A stretch of 64,000 nucleotides of DNA, from positions 3,424,001 through 3,488,000 of the forward strand of contig OY969695.1 in the NCBI GenBank assembly GCA_963701965.1. Direction: 5' to 3'. Positions 37,407-46,193 of this stretch are shown one piece after another. The first letter of the stretch is position 1. Each line of letters starts with the position of its first letter. The position numbers and the translations under genes were made by a program. This DNA is from an uncultured Gemmatimonadales bacterium. Its GTDB lineage: Bacteria > Gemmatimonadota > Gemmatimonadetes > Gemmatimonadales > Gemmatimonadaceae. The notes below the pieces were generated by a model. It did not search any database and was not told where the DNA came from. It saw only the letters and a list, made by a program, of their open reading frames with translations.

Positions 37407-37434
37407 GTATCGGCAGGGGACAGCCACAACGTGA
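37407..37434 (-). promoter_or_regulatory. Probable sigma28 promoter for flbT-flaF
   Basis: TCAC-N16-GCCGATAC, 14 nt upstream of the flbT ATG. Confidence 0.6.
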
Positions 37435-37551
37435 GCCCCCCGGCAACTTTGGCCGGGTACGGCAGTTTCTGCGCGTTTCTTTTCTCATACCGGAACGGGA
37501 CGACGTCAGGTAAGTCGTGATGTGAAAACAATATACGCGTGTAGTCCAGGT

Positions 37552-37567
37552 TGGCACAGGAGATGCT
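37552..37567 (+). promoter_or_regulatory. Sigma54 -24/-12 promoter for the glycosylation operon
   Basis: TGGCAC-AGGAG-ATGCT after an AT-rich stretch. Confidence 0.7.
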
Positions 37568-37597
37568 TTCCGGCGAACCCAACCATCCGCGTATCGA

Positions 37598-39814
37598 ATG
37601 ACCGCTCCCGCCCGACTTGGCCAAAATGACCTGCAAGAGGTGCTCATGTTCGCCCTCGCCCGGCACCGCGCCGGCGACATGGGTGAGGCCGAACGCATCT
37701 ATCGGCGCGTACTGGACATCGATCCGGATCAACCCGACGCGCTGCACCTCCTCGGACTGATTACGCTCGATCGCGATACGGCGGAAGCGGTCGCTCTCCT
37801 GACCCGAGCCGCCGAAGCGGCGCCGACCGTCGCGGCGATCCAGAATGCGCTCGGTACCGCCCAGCGGGCGGCCGGCGCCCTCAATGCCGCGATCGCCAGC
37901 TACACCAACGCGACGCGTCTCGACGAACGTCCCGAGTTCTTGACCAACCTCGCCGCGGCGTTGCTCGAAGCCGGCGACCTGGCCGCGGCCGAAGCCGCGG
38001 CAATGCGCGCGAGTGACCTGGCGCCCCAGTTCCTCGACGCGGCGTTCGTCCTCGGCAACGTCTCTCGCGCCCGCGGCGAACATACGCTCGCCGAGCGGTG
38101 GTACACGCGCGCCACGGCCTCCGATCACCTCAAACGCCCGGCGCTCCTCAATCTGGGCAACACCCGCCGCGCACTCGGCCGGCTGGACGAGGCGATCGCC
38201 ACGTACCAAGAGTTGCTGGCGCTGGGCGCCAGCGAGATGGATGCCACGGCGCGGTTCGCCCTCGGCACCACACTGCGCGATGCGGGCCGCGACACCGACG
38301 CCATGGAATGCTTGCGCGCGCTCGTGTTGCACTGCCCCACGCATCGGGATGGTTGGTTTCATCTCGGTGTCCTGGTGCACCAGTCGGGCGCGGCGCCCGT
38401 CGCGATCGAAGCGTATACCCGCGCCGAACGTTGCGGACTGGATACCGCGGCCCTGCATACGAACCTCGGACTGGCACTGTCGCAGCTCGGACGACTCGGC
38501 GAAGCCGTGGACCATCAGCGCCGCGCGGTGGCGCTCGAGGCCACCGCCGCCGATCTCCGCATCAACCTGGCGACGACGTTGCACCAGGCCGGGGCCCTCA
38601 ATGAGGCGGCGGCGGCCTGCAATGCCGCCATCGCGATCGACCCGCACCGCGCCGCGTCGCATTCGGTCCTCGGCGCTGTCCGCATGCAGCAGGGGCGCCG
38701 CGACGCCGCGTTCGCGGCGCACGCGCGCGCGCTGACGCTCGATCCGCGGTCGGCGACGGTGCTCAACGAATACGCGCACGCGCTCATCGACGACAATGAC
38801 GTCCCCGGCGCGCTGGAGCTGTACCGACGCGCGCTGGACGCCGCGCCGGACATGCCCGAGCTGCATTTTCACCGGGCGCTCGCCTTGCTCTCGGCCGGGG
38901 ACCTCCTCGCGGGTTGGGACGAGTATGCCTGGCGCTGGCGCCTGCCCAAGATGTCGTTGCAATGGCGCATTCCGCGCCCGCTGTGGCAGGGCGAGCCGCT
39001 CGACGGCCGCACGCTCCTGGTGTGGCGCGAGCAGGGGATCGGCGATGAGCTGATGTTCGCCAGCTGCCTGCCCGATCTGGCTGAAGCGGGCGGGCGACTC
39101 ATTATCGCCTGCGCGCCGAAGCTCCGATCGCTCTTCGCGCGATCATTTCCGCGGGCGACCCTCATCGATGAGCGGGCCCTCGCCGCGCCGGCAGCGCTGG
39201 CGGCCGACGTGCACGCCCCTATCGGCGATCTGCCCCGCTGGCTTCGACCGACCGTGGGTGACTTCCCACAACGGCGCGGGTTCCTGAGCGCCGATCCCGA
39301 TCGGGTCGCCGTGTGGAAGCAGCGGCTGGCGGCGCTCGGTCCGGGACCGGCGATCGGGATCTGCTGGCGCAGCGGCCTGCTCACGCCGTCGCGCCGGGCG
39401 GGTTACGCCGCGCTCTCCGAGTGGGCACCCGTGCTGCGCGTGCCCGGCGTCAAGTTCGTGAGCCTGCAATACGACGACTGCGGACCCGAGATCGCCGCGG
39501 CGGCGCACGAGCTCGGGGTCACGGTGCACCAACCCGACATCGATCTCTTGAACGACATGGACGAGGCGGCCGCGTTGACAGCGGCCCTCGACCGCGTCAT
39601 CTCGGCGCCCACCGCGGTCAGCGAGTTGGCGGGCGCGCTGGGCGTTCCCACGTGGCGGGTCACCGCCGGTCGGGATTGGACGATGCTCGGCACCCCGGGC
39701 CGTCCCTGGTTCCCCACCATGCAAATGTTCTCGCGCGCGCCCGGAGAGTCCTGGCGCAATGTGTTCACCCGTGTCGCCGCCGGCCTGGCGACACATCCGG
39801 AGAATGGCTCGTGA
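37598..39814 (+). CDS. TPR + GT-B glycosyltransferase (FlmG-like)
   Basis: Many TPRs followed by GWDEYAWRW, WREQGIGDELMFA, GICWRSG, FVSLQYD. Confidence 0.8.
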   Translation: MTAPARLGQNDLQEVLMFALARHRAGDMGEAERIYRRVLDIDPDQPDALHLLGLITLDRDTAEAVALLTRAAEAAPTVAAIQNALGTAQRAAGALNAAIASYTNATRLDERPEFLTNLAAALLEAGDLAAAEAAAMRASDLAPQFLDAAFVLGNVSRARGEHTLAERWYTRATASDHLKRPALLNLGNTRRALGRLDEAIATYQELLALGASEMDATARFALGTTLRDAGRDTDAMECLRALVLHCPTHRDGWFHLGVLVHQSGAAPVAIEAYTRAERCGLDTAALHTNLGLALSQLGRLGEAVDHQRRAVALEATAADLRINLATTLHQAGALNEAAAACNAAIAIDPHRAASHSVLGAVRMQQGRRDAAFAAHARALTLDPRSATVLNEYAHALIDDNDVPGALELYRRALDAAPDMPELHFHRALALLSAGDLLAGWDEYAWRWRLPKMSLQWRIPRPLWQGEPLDGRTLLVWREQGIGDELMFASCLPDLAEAGGRLIIACAPKLRSLFARSFPRATLIDERALAAPAALAADVHAPIGDLPRWLRPTVGDFPQRRGFLSADPDRVAVWKQRLAALGPGPAIGICWRSGLLTPSRRAGYAALSEWAPVLRVPGVKFVSLQYDDCGPEIAAAAHELGVTVHQPDIDLLNDMDEAAALTAALDRVISAPTAVSELAGALGVPTWRVTAGRDWTMLGTPGRPWFPTMQMFSRAPGESWRNVFTRVAAGLATHPENGS

Positions 39815-40854
39815 TAAATGTCGAGAGCCTCGACTGCGCAGTCGAGGGTGCCCCCACGATCGAACGGCGCACCGGATACCTGTTGACGGACAAGACGGTG
39901 CTGATCACCGGTGGCACGGGATCCTTCGGCCGGGCGTTTGTGCAGACGCTCCTCGACGAGCACTTGCCGCGTCGCGTCATCATCTACAGCCGCGACGAGC
40001 TCAAACAGTCGGAGATGCAGGAGCAGCAGAAAGATCCGCGACTGCGGTTCTTCATCGGGGATGTCCGCGACTTGGAACGGCTCCGTCGCGCCTGCCGTGG
40101 GGTGAACGTGATCGTCCACGCCGCGGCCCTCAAACAGGTGCCCGCGGCCGAGTACAACCCGTTCGAGTGCATTCGCACGAACATCTTGGGCGCCCAGAAC
40201 GTCATCGAGGCCGCGCTGGACAACGGGGTGGAGCGCGTCCTCGCGCTGAGCACGGACAAGGCGGCGAACCCGATCAACTTGTACGGTGCCACCAAGCTCT
40301 GCTCCGACAAACTGTTCATTGCCGGCAACGCGTACTCCGGCGGCCGCGAGATCCGCCTCTCCGTCGTGCGCTATGGGAACGTCGTCGGAAGCCGGGGCTC
40401 GGTCGTGCCGTATTTCCGCGGACTCCGCGAGACCGGCGTGCTGCCGATCACCGATCCGCGCATGACGCGGTTCCTCATCACGCTCGAACAGGGCGTGCGA
40501 TTCGTGATCGCGTGCATTCGCCGGACCTGGGGCGGGGAGCTGTTCGTGCCCAAGATCCCGTCGGCCGACATCGTGAGCCTGGCGGAGGCGATTGCGCCCG
40601 GCGCCGAGTTGCGCACCGTGGGCATCCGGCCCGGGGAGAAGTTGCACGAGATGATGATCAGCGAAGACGATGCGCGGCGTTGCGTCGACATGGGCGACCA
40701 CTATGTCCTCCAGCCGCAGTTCCCCTGGTGGCCAGAGCGGCGGCTGGCGGGTGCGACGGTGCCCGAAGGGTTCGCCTACCGGAGCGACACCAACCCGCAC
40801 CGGCTCTCCGTCGAAGAGATCCGGACAATGCTGGCCAAGCTGAATCTCCTGTGA
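39811..40854 (+). CDS. pseB: UDP-N-acetylglucosamine 4,6-dehydratase (inverting)
   Basis: ITGGTGSFG, YSRDELKQ, HAAALKQVPAAEYNP, LSTDKA, YGATK, RYGNVVGSRGSV. Confidence 0.92.
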   Translation: MINVESLDCAVEGAPTIERRTGYLLTDKTVLITGGTGSFGRAFVQTLLDEHLPRRVIIYSRDELKQSEMQEQQKDPRLRFFIGDVRDLERLRRACRGVNVIVHAAALKQVPAAEYNPFECIRTNILGAQNVIEAALDNGVERVLALSTDKAANPINLYGATKLCSDKLFIAGNAYSGGREIRLSVVRYGNVVGSRGSVVPYFRGLRETGVLPITDPRMTRFLITLEQGVRFVIACIRRTWGGELFVPKIPSADIVSLAEAIAPGAELRTVGIRPGEKLHEMMISEDDARRCVDMGDHYVLQPQFPWWPERRLAGATVPEGFAYRSDTNPHRLSVEEIRTMLAKLNLL

Positions 40855-42011
40855 ACGCGGTGCGCGCGCTTCCCTACGCCCGGCAGACCATCGGCCCCGA
40901 GGATATCGCCGCGGTCGTCGAGGCGCTTGGGGCTCCGCTCGTCACCCAAGGCCCGCTCGTCGAAGCCTTTGAAGCGCGGTTCGCCGGGATCGTCGGCGCA
41001 CGGCACGCCATCGCGTTCAACAGCGGCACCGCCGCGCTGCATGGGGCCTATGCCGCCGCCGGCGTGGGACGTGGGCACAAGATCATCACGTCCCCGATCA
41101 CCTTCGCCGCGACCGCGAACGCGGCGCGGTATCTCGGGGCCGAGGTCGATTTCGTCGACGTCGACACCGGCACCGCCCTCATCGATCCGGACTCCGTCGC
41201 CGCGGCTCCGGGGCACGGCGTCTATGCCCTCGTGCCCGTCCATTTTGGCGGACAGGTCGCCGACATGGTCGCGCTTTCGACCATCGCGGGGCGCGAGGGT
41301 TGGGTGGTCATCGAGGACGCGGCCCACGCGCTGGGCGCCTCCTATCGCACGCCCGAAGGCCGGGAGTACCAGGTGGGCGCCTGCGCCCACTCGGCCATGT
41401 GCTGTTTCAGCCTCCACGCCGTGAAGCACGTCACGACGGGCGAAGGCGGTATGGTCACCACGAATGACGCCGAGCTCGCGCGCGTCATGCGCCTCTTCCG
41501 GACGCACGGGATCACGCGGGACCGATCCGACATGCTGCACGACGAAGGCCCGTGGTACTACGAGCAGCACGATCTCGGCTACAACTACCGGCTGACGGAG
41601 TTTCAGAGCGCGCTGGGCATGAGCCAACTGGGCCGGCTGCCCGCCTTCGTCGCCCAACGCCGCGCGATCGCCGCGCAGTACAATGCCGCCTTCGCGGCCG
41701 TCCCTTGCGTGCGCCCTCTCGCGGTGCCCTCGTGGTCCGACGGTTCCTACCACCTGTACGTGATTCGGGTGCCGGCGCCGGCCCGTCGCGCGGTGTTTGA
41801 TGGCCTCCGCGCCGCCGGGATCATGGCCAACGTGCACTACGTGCCGGTCTACCACCACCCGTACTATCAACGCACCGGGTTCGCCGGCTTTGCGCTGGGG
41901 GGCGCCGAGATGTACTACGGGCAAGCCATCTCGCTGCCAATGTATCCGGGGCTGACCAGCGAAGACGTCGCGCGGGTCGTCGATTGCGTCATCGCGCAGG
42001 CCACGGCGTGA
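40851..42011 (+). CDS. pseC: UDP-4-amino-4,6-dideoxy-N-acetyl-beta-L-altrosamine transaminase (DegT family)
   Basis: LPYARQ, NSGTAALH, EDAAHALG, FSLHAVKHVTTGEGG, LGYNYRL; follows pseB. Confidence 0.85.
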   Translation: MNAVRALPYARQTIGPEDIAAVVEALGAPLVTQGPLVEAFEARFAGIVGARHAIAFNSGTAALHGAYAAAGVGRGHKIITSPITFAATANAARYLGAEVDFVDVDTGTALIDPDSVAAAPGHGVYALVPVHFGGQVADMVALSTIAGREGWVVIEDAAHALGASYRTPEGREYQVGACAHSAMCCFSLHAVKHVTTGEGGMVTTNDAELARVMRLFRTHGITRDRSDMLHDEGPWYYEQHDLGYNYRLTEFQSALGMSQLGRLPAFVAQRRAIAAQYNAAFAAVPCVRPLAVPSWSDGSYHLYVIRVPAPARRAVFDGLRAAGIMANVHYVPVYHHPYYQRTGFAGFALGGAEMYYGQAISLPMYPGLTSEDVARVVDCVIAQATA

Positions 42012-42862
42012 CCACGTTCATCGCCGAGGTGTCGAGCAACCACCACGCCGACCTTTCGCGCGCGCTGGCGTTCGTCGACGCCTCGGCGGCCATCGGGTGC
42101 GATGCCGTCAAGTTTCAACTCTTTCGCGTGCGCGAGCTGTTCGCGCCCGAGATCCTGGCGCGGAGCGCGCGCCATCGCGCGCGCGAGGCGTGGGAGTTGC
42201 CGCCGGCGTTCCTGGCGCCTTTGGCCGAGCGATGCGCCGAACGGGGCGTGGCCTTCGGCTGCACGCCGTTCTATCTGCGCGCGGTGGACGAGTTGGCGCC
42301 GTACGTGGCGTTCTACAAGATCGCCTCGTACGAGCTGCTGTGGACCGAGCTCCTCATCGCCTGCGCCCGGACCGGCAAGCCGGTCATCCTGTCGACCGGC
42401 ATGGCCACGCTGGCCGAGGTCGGCGAGGCGGTCGCCACGTTGCGGGGCGCAGGATGCCGCGATCTCACCCTCTTGCACTGCGTATCGGGTTACCCCACGC
42501 CGGTCGCCGAATGCAATCTCTCGGCGATCGCCGAACTGCGCGATGCGTTCGGGTCTCCCGTGGGATGGTCGGACCACAGCGTGTCGCCCGGCGTCGTGCA
42601 ACGCGCCATCCACCGGTGGGGCGCGACCGCGATCGAATTTCACCTCGATCTCGATGGCCAGGGCGACGAGTTTCGGACGGGGCATTGTTGGCTGCCCGGG
42701 CAAATGGCGCCCGTCATCGGGGCGGTCCGCGACGGGCTGCGTGCCGACGGCGACGGCCGCAAGGCGCCGGTGCCGAGCGAGCTGCCGGATCGCGCCTGGC
42801 GCGCCGATCCCAGCGACGGCCTGCGCCCCCTGCGCGCCACCCGGGAGACGTTCGTCGGGTGA
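42008..42862 (+). CDS. NeuB/PseI-family nonulosonic acid synthase (no C-terminal SAF domain)
   Basis: FIAEVSSNH, DAVKFQ, KIASYE, LSTGMA, LHCVSGYP, GWSDHS, IEFH; 284 aa. Confidence 0.85.
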   Translation: MTTFIAEVSSNHHADLSRALAFVDASAAIGCDAVKFQLFRVRELFAPEILARSARHRAREAWELPPAFLAPLAERCAERGVAFGCTPFYLRAVDELAPYVAFYKIASYELLWTELLIACARTGKPVILSTGMATLAEVGEAVATLRGAGCRDLTLLHCVSGYPTPVAECNLSAIAELRDAFGSPVGWSDHSVSPGVVQRAIHRWGATAIEFHLDLDGQGDEFRTGHCWLPGQMAPVIGAVRDGLRADGDGRKAPVPSELPDRAWRADPSDGLRPLRATRETFVG

Positions 42863-43827
42863 TGCGCATCCGGTTTCTGGTCACGGGCGGTGCCGGGTGG
42901 GGACTCGGCCACGTCATGCGCACCGCGGTGCTGGCCGGCGAGGCCCGGGAGCGGGGCTACGACGTCCGCGTCGCGCTGCGCGGCGACGCTGCCGCTCGCA
43001 CTGCGCTGTCTGTCGAACTGCCCGACACGACTCCCTGCTGCTGGCCCACAGGCGACGACGTGAGCGCCAACGAGCATCTGGTGATCGACTCTCCGGAGTC
43101 CATTGGGGATGTGATCGCCGCCGCGCGCGACGCGGGGGCGCGGACCGTGGTTATCGATCGCCTCGATCATCTGGACGATGCCGATGCGACGGTGCTTCCC
43201 ATCGTCCACGGCCCGGCGTTACCCCATCCCCGTCTTTTTCAGGGGCCCGCCTACGTCCTCACCGCGCCCATCGTGCGGGCCCACGCCGGCGCGCCCTATC
43301 CGGGCGACCGCCGGGTCGCGCTGATCACGTTCGGCGGCGCCGACCCGGCCGGCCTCACGCTGCCGGTGACCCGCGTGCTGCTCGACACCGGTGTCGACTT
43401 CGAAACGCACGTGGTGATCGGCCCGGCGTTCGCCGAGGCCGACGCGCTGGCCAAACGGCTCACGGCGTTGGGGGCTCGTGTCCATCGCGGCCTCACCCGC
43501 GCCGACGTCGTCGGGCTCATGGTCCGGTCGCGCTTCGCGCTGACCGGGTTTGGCACGAGCTTGTACGATCTCGCCGTCATCGGGACACCGGCCGTCTACT
43601 GGACGCATCGGGCGTCTGATCTCGCCGACGCCGGGCGTCTCGAGACGCGCGGTCTCGGCGCCTGCGCCGGAAGCGGCGATGCCTTTGACGACACGCGCGC
43701 CCGCTCGGCGATCGCACGCACGGTGCTGGACGCTGCGTGGCGCGAGCGGGCCAGTGCCAGCGCGCGGCAACTGGTCGGCGCCGGGGACGGCGCCCGCAAC
43801 GTGCTCGATCTGGTCGCGCGGCTATGA
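42862..43827 (+). CDS. PseG/SpsG-like UDP-sugar hydrolase (GT-B fold)
   Basis: GLGHVMR, ITFGGADP, GTSLYDL motifs. Confidence 0.75.
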   Translation: MRIRFLVTGGAGWGLGHVMRTAVLAGEARERGYDVRVALRGDAAARTALSVELPDTTPCCWPTGDDVSANEHLVIDSPESIGDVIAAARDAGARTVVIDRLDHLDDADATVLPIVHGPALPHPRLFQGPAYVLTAPIVRAHAGAPYPGDRRVALITFGGADPAGLTLPVTRVLLDTGVDFETHVVIGPAFAEADALAKRLTALGARVHRGLTRADVVGLMVRSRFALTGFGTSLYDLAVIGTPAVYWTHRASDLADAGRLETRGLGACAGSGDAFDDTRARSAIARTVLDAAWRERASASARQLVGAGDGARNVLDLVARL

Positions 43828-44552
43828 ACGCTGGCGCTATCGTCCAGGCGCGCTTGGGCAGCACCCGCCTCCCGGGGAAAGTCCTGGCTGATCTCGGCGG
43901 CCGCCCGATCCTGGGCCGCGTGGTCGATCGGCTGCGGCTGGCGCGCGCGTTCGCCTTCGTCGGCGTGGCCACGACGACCGACGCCGGCGACGACGCCGTC
44001 GCGGCCTGGTGCGCACAGGAAAACGTGCCCTGCTTTCGGGGCCCCGTGGACGACGTGCTGCACCGATACGTCGCCGCGGCCCAGGCCTGGCGCATCGACC
44101 CGATCGTTCGCATCACGGCCGATTGTCCGTTCGTGTGCCCGCTCGCGATCGACACGTTGGTCCCGGCGCTGGTGGCCGCGAACGCCGACTATGCCGGGTA
44201 CGACGGCCCGCGGTTGGGCGAAGGCATCGATCCCTTTTCCTTGCGCGTGTTGGCGCACTTCGACGCGCTCCCGATCCCGGCGGACGAACGCGAGCACTTG
44301 GCGCTCCTGGTCCGCCGGCACCGCGAGTCGATCGCCTGCGTGTGGGTCCCGCCGGAACCGGGCCTGGAAGCCATTCCGGGCGCCCGCCTTTCGGTCGACG
44401 AGCCGGCCGACCTCGCGTTCGCGCGGGAACTGCAACGCGCCCTCCCGCGCGACTTCACGTCCTACGATCTCGCGACCCTGCTCGCCCGCCGGCCGGAGCT
44501 CGCGGACCACAATCGGCACGTGGTGCGCACCGTCCCGTCGGGGGTCCGATGA
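43824..44552 (+). CDS. SpsF-like cytidylyltransferase (CMP-nonulosonate synthetase role)
   Basis: QARLGSTRLPGKVL, DDVLHRY, RITADCP, REH, RLSVDEPADL. Confidence 0.85.
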   Translation: MNAGAIVQARLGSTRLPGKVLADLGGRPILGRVVDRLRLARAFAFVGVATTTDAGDDAVAAWCAQENVPCFRGPVDDVLHRYVAAAQAWRIDPIVRITADCPFVCPLAIDTLVPALVAANADYAGYDGPRLGEGIDPFSLRVLAHFDALPIPADEREHLALLVRRHRESIACVWVPPEPGLEAIPGARLSVDEPADLAFARELQRALPRDFTSYDLATLLARRPELADHNRHVVRTVPSGVR

Positions 44553-45442
44553 CACACCACGGCGCGCTGCGCGACGCGGTGCAGGGGTTCGACGTCATCG
44601 ACTGCACGGAGTGCGGATTCGCGCACGTCATGCCCTTGCCGTCGCCGGCCGATCTCGCACCGGTGTACACCCATGAGTACTACGCGCGGGAAAAGCCCGA
44701 CTATCTGAGCGTCGTTCGGAAGGACCTGTCCTGGTACGAGATCGGCTACCGCGAGCGCTTCGACACGTTCGAGCAGTTCCTGCCCCCCGATCGCCGCCGC
44801 GTGCTGGATGTCGGGTGCGGCCCCGGGTTTTTTCTGGCGCACGGCGCCGGGCGCGGATGGCGCGCCATGGGCGTCGAGCCGTCGACCCAGGCGGCGGCCC
44901 ACGCCCGGAGCTTGGGCGTCGACATCGTGGAGGAGTTCTTCGACGCCCCCCTCGCCCGGCGGCTGGGGCCCGTCGACGTCGTGCAGATGACCAACGTGCT
45001 CGAACACGTGCCCGATCCGCTGGCCTTCATTGGGGCGGCGCGCGATGCCTTGCAGCCGGGCGGCCTGCTCTCGATCTGCGTCCCCAACGACTACAACCCG
45101 TTTCAGGACGCGTTGCGCAACGGCTGTGGCTTTGCGCCCTGGTGGGTCGCCCCACCACACCATCTCAACCACTTCACGTTCGACTCGCTGGCGACGGTCC
45201 TCGAGCGGACGGGGTTCGACATCGCCGAGCGGAACGCCTCGTTTCCCATCGATCTGTTCCTGCTCATGGGAGACAACTACGTCGGCGATCCGGTGCTCGG
45301 GCGCGCCTGTCACGAGAAGCGCATGCGGTTCGAGCAGACAATGGCGGGTACGGGTCACGAACATCTGCGCCGCCAGTTCTATCGCTCGCTCGCCGCGCTC
45401 GGCCTCGGGCGCGAGATCATCATGATCGCGAGGATGCAATGA
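44549..45442 (+). CDS. Class I SAM-dependent methyltransferase with N-terminal CxxC
   Basis: CTECG, VLDVGCGPG, NVLEHVPDP, PPHHLNHF. Confidence 0.85.
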   Translation: MTHHGALRDAVQGFDVIDCTECGFAHVMPLPSPADLAPVYTHEYYAREKPDYLSVVRKDLSWYEIGYRERFDTFEQFLPPDRRRVLDVGCGPGFFLAHGAGRGWRAMGVEPSTQAAAHARSLGVDIVEEFFDAPLARRLGPVDVVQMTNVLEHVPDPLAFIGAARDALQPGGLLSICVPNDYNPFQDALRNGCGFAPWWVAPPHHLNHFTFDSLATVLERTGFDIAERNASFPIDLFLLMGDNYVGDPVLGRACHEKRMRFEQTMAGTGHEHLRRQFYRSLAALGLGREIIMIARMQ

Positions 45443-45454
45443 TCGCGAGGATGC
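45422..45454 (+). repeat. 17-bp-period tandem duplication at the methyltransferase 3' end
   Basis: ATGATCGCGAGGATGC-A-ATGATCGCGAGGATGC. Confidence 0.75.
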
Positions 45455-45458
45455 GCTG

Positions 45459-46193
45459 ATGCCGGTCGCGCTCGTCACCGGTGCAAGCCGCGGGATCGGT
45501 CGCGCCATCGCGCTGGCCCTCGGCGAGGCCGGCATGGACGTCGTGCTGACGTACGCCACGGGGCGCGAAGCGGCCGAGGCGACCGCTCGCGCGCTTCGCG
45601 CGCGCGGTCGTTCCGCCACGGTGGTCGCGTTGGACGTGGCCCGGCGGGAAAGCATCAAAGACGCAGTTGGGACGACGAAAAAAGCCCATGGGAGAATCGA
45701 CGTTCTGGTCAACAACGCCGGGATCCTGCGGCAGAAGCCGTTCGCCGAGATCAGCGACGCCGAGTTCGACGACACGATCGGCGTCAACCTGCGCGGCCCG
45801 TTCGCGCTGGCGCAGGAAGTGTTGCCCCTCATGCGCGAGCAGGGCGGGGGCGCGATCGTGAACATCGCGTCGGTCGGCGGCCAATTGGGCGGTCCCTTGG
45901 CGGTGCACTACTCGGCGAGCAAGGCAGGGGTGATCGCGCTCACGCGGTCCCTGGCCCGGCTCGGCGCCCCGACCGTGCGGGTCAATTGCGTGGCCCCGGG
46001 CCTCATCGCGACGGACATGACGCGTGACGAGCTCGCGTCTCCAGGTGTCGGAGAGAAGATGCGACAGATCCTGCTGGGCCGCGCGGGCACGCCCGAGGAG
46101 GTCGCGGGCGCGGTGGCGTTCCTCGCTTCTCCCGCCGCGGCGTACGTAACGGGACAGGTCCTCAACGTGAACGGCGGACTCTATCTTGGCTGA
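45459..46193 (+). CDS. SDR family oxidoreductase (FabG-like)
   Basis: TGASRGIG, NNAG, YSASK, NCVAPG. Confidence 0.9.
   Translation: MPVALVTGASRGIGRAIALALGEAGMDVVLTYATGREAAEATARALRARGRSATVVALDVARRESIKDAVGTTKKAHGRIDVLVNNAGILRQKPFAEISDAEFDDTIGVNLRGPFALAQEVLPLMREQGGGAIVNIASVGGQLGGPLAVHYSASKAGVIALTRSLARLGAPTVRVNCVAPGLIATDMTRDELASPGVGEKMRQILLGRAGTPEEVAGAVAFLASPAAAYVTGQVLNVNGGLYLG

Noticed and set aside
36012..37847. CCAGAATG in cheY and in the first TPR-GT as further frameshift sites
   Set aside because: Both genes read through in frame (RRILVN and IQNAL), so these are genuine sequence.
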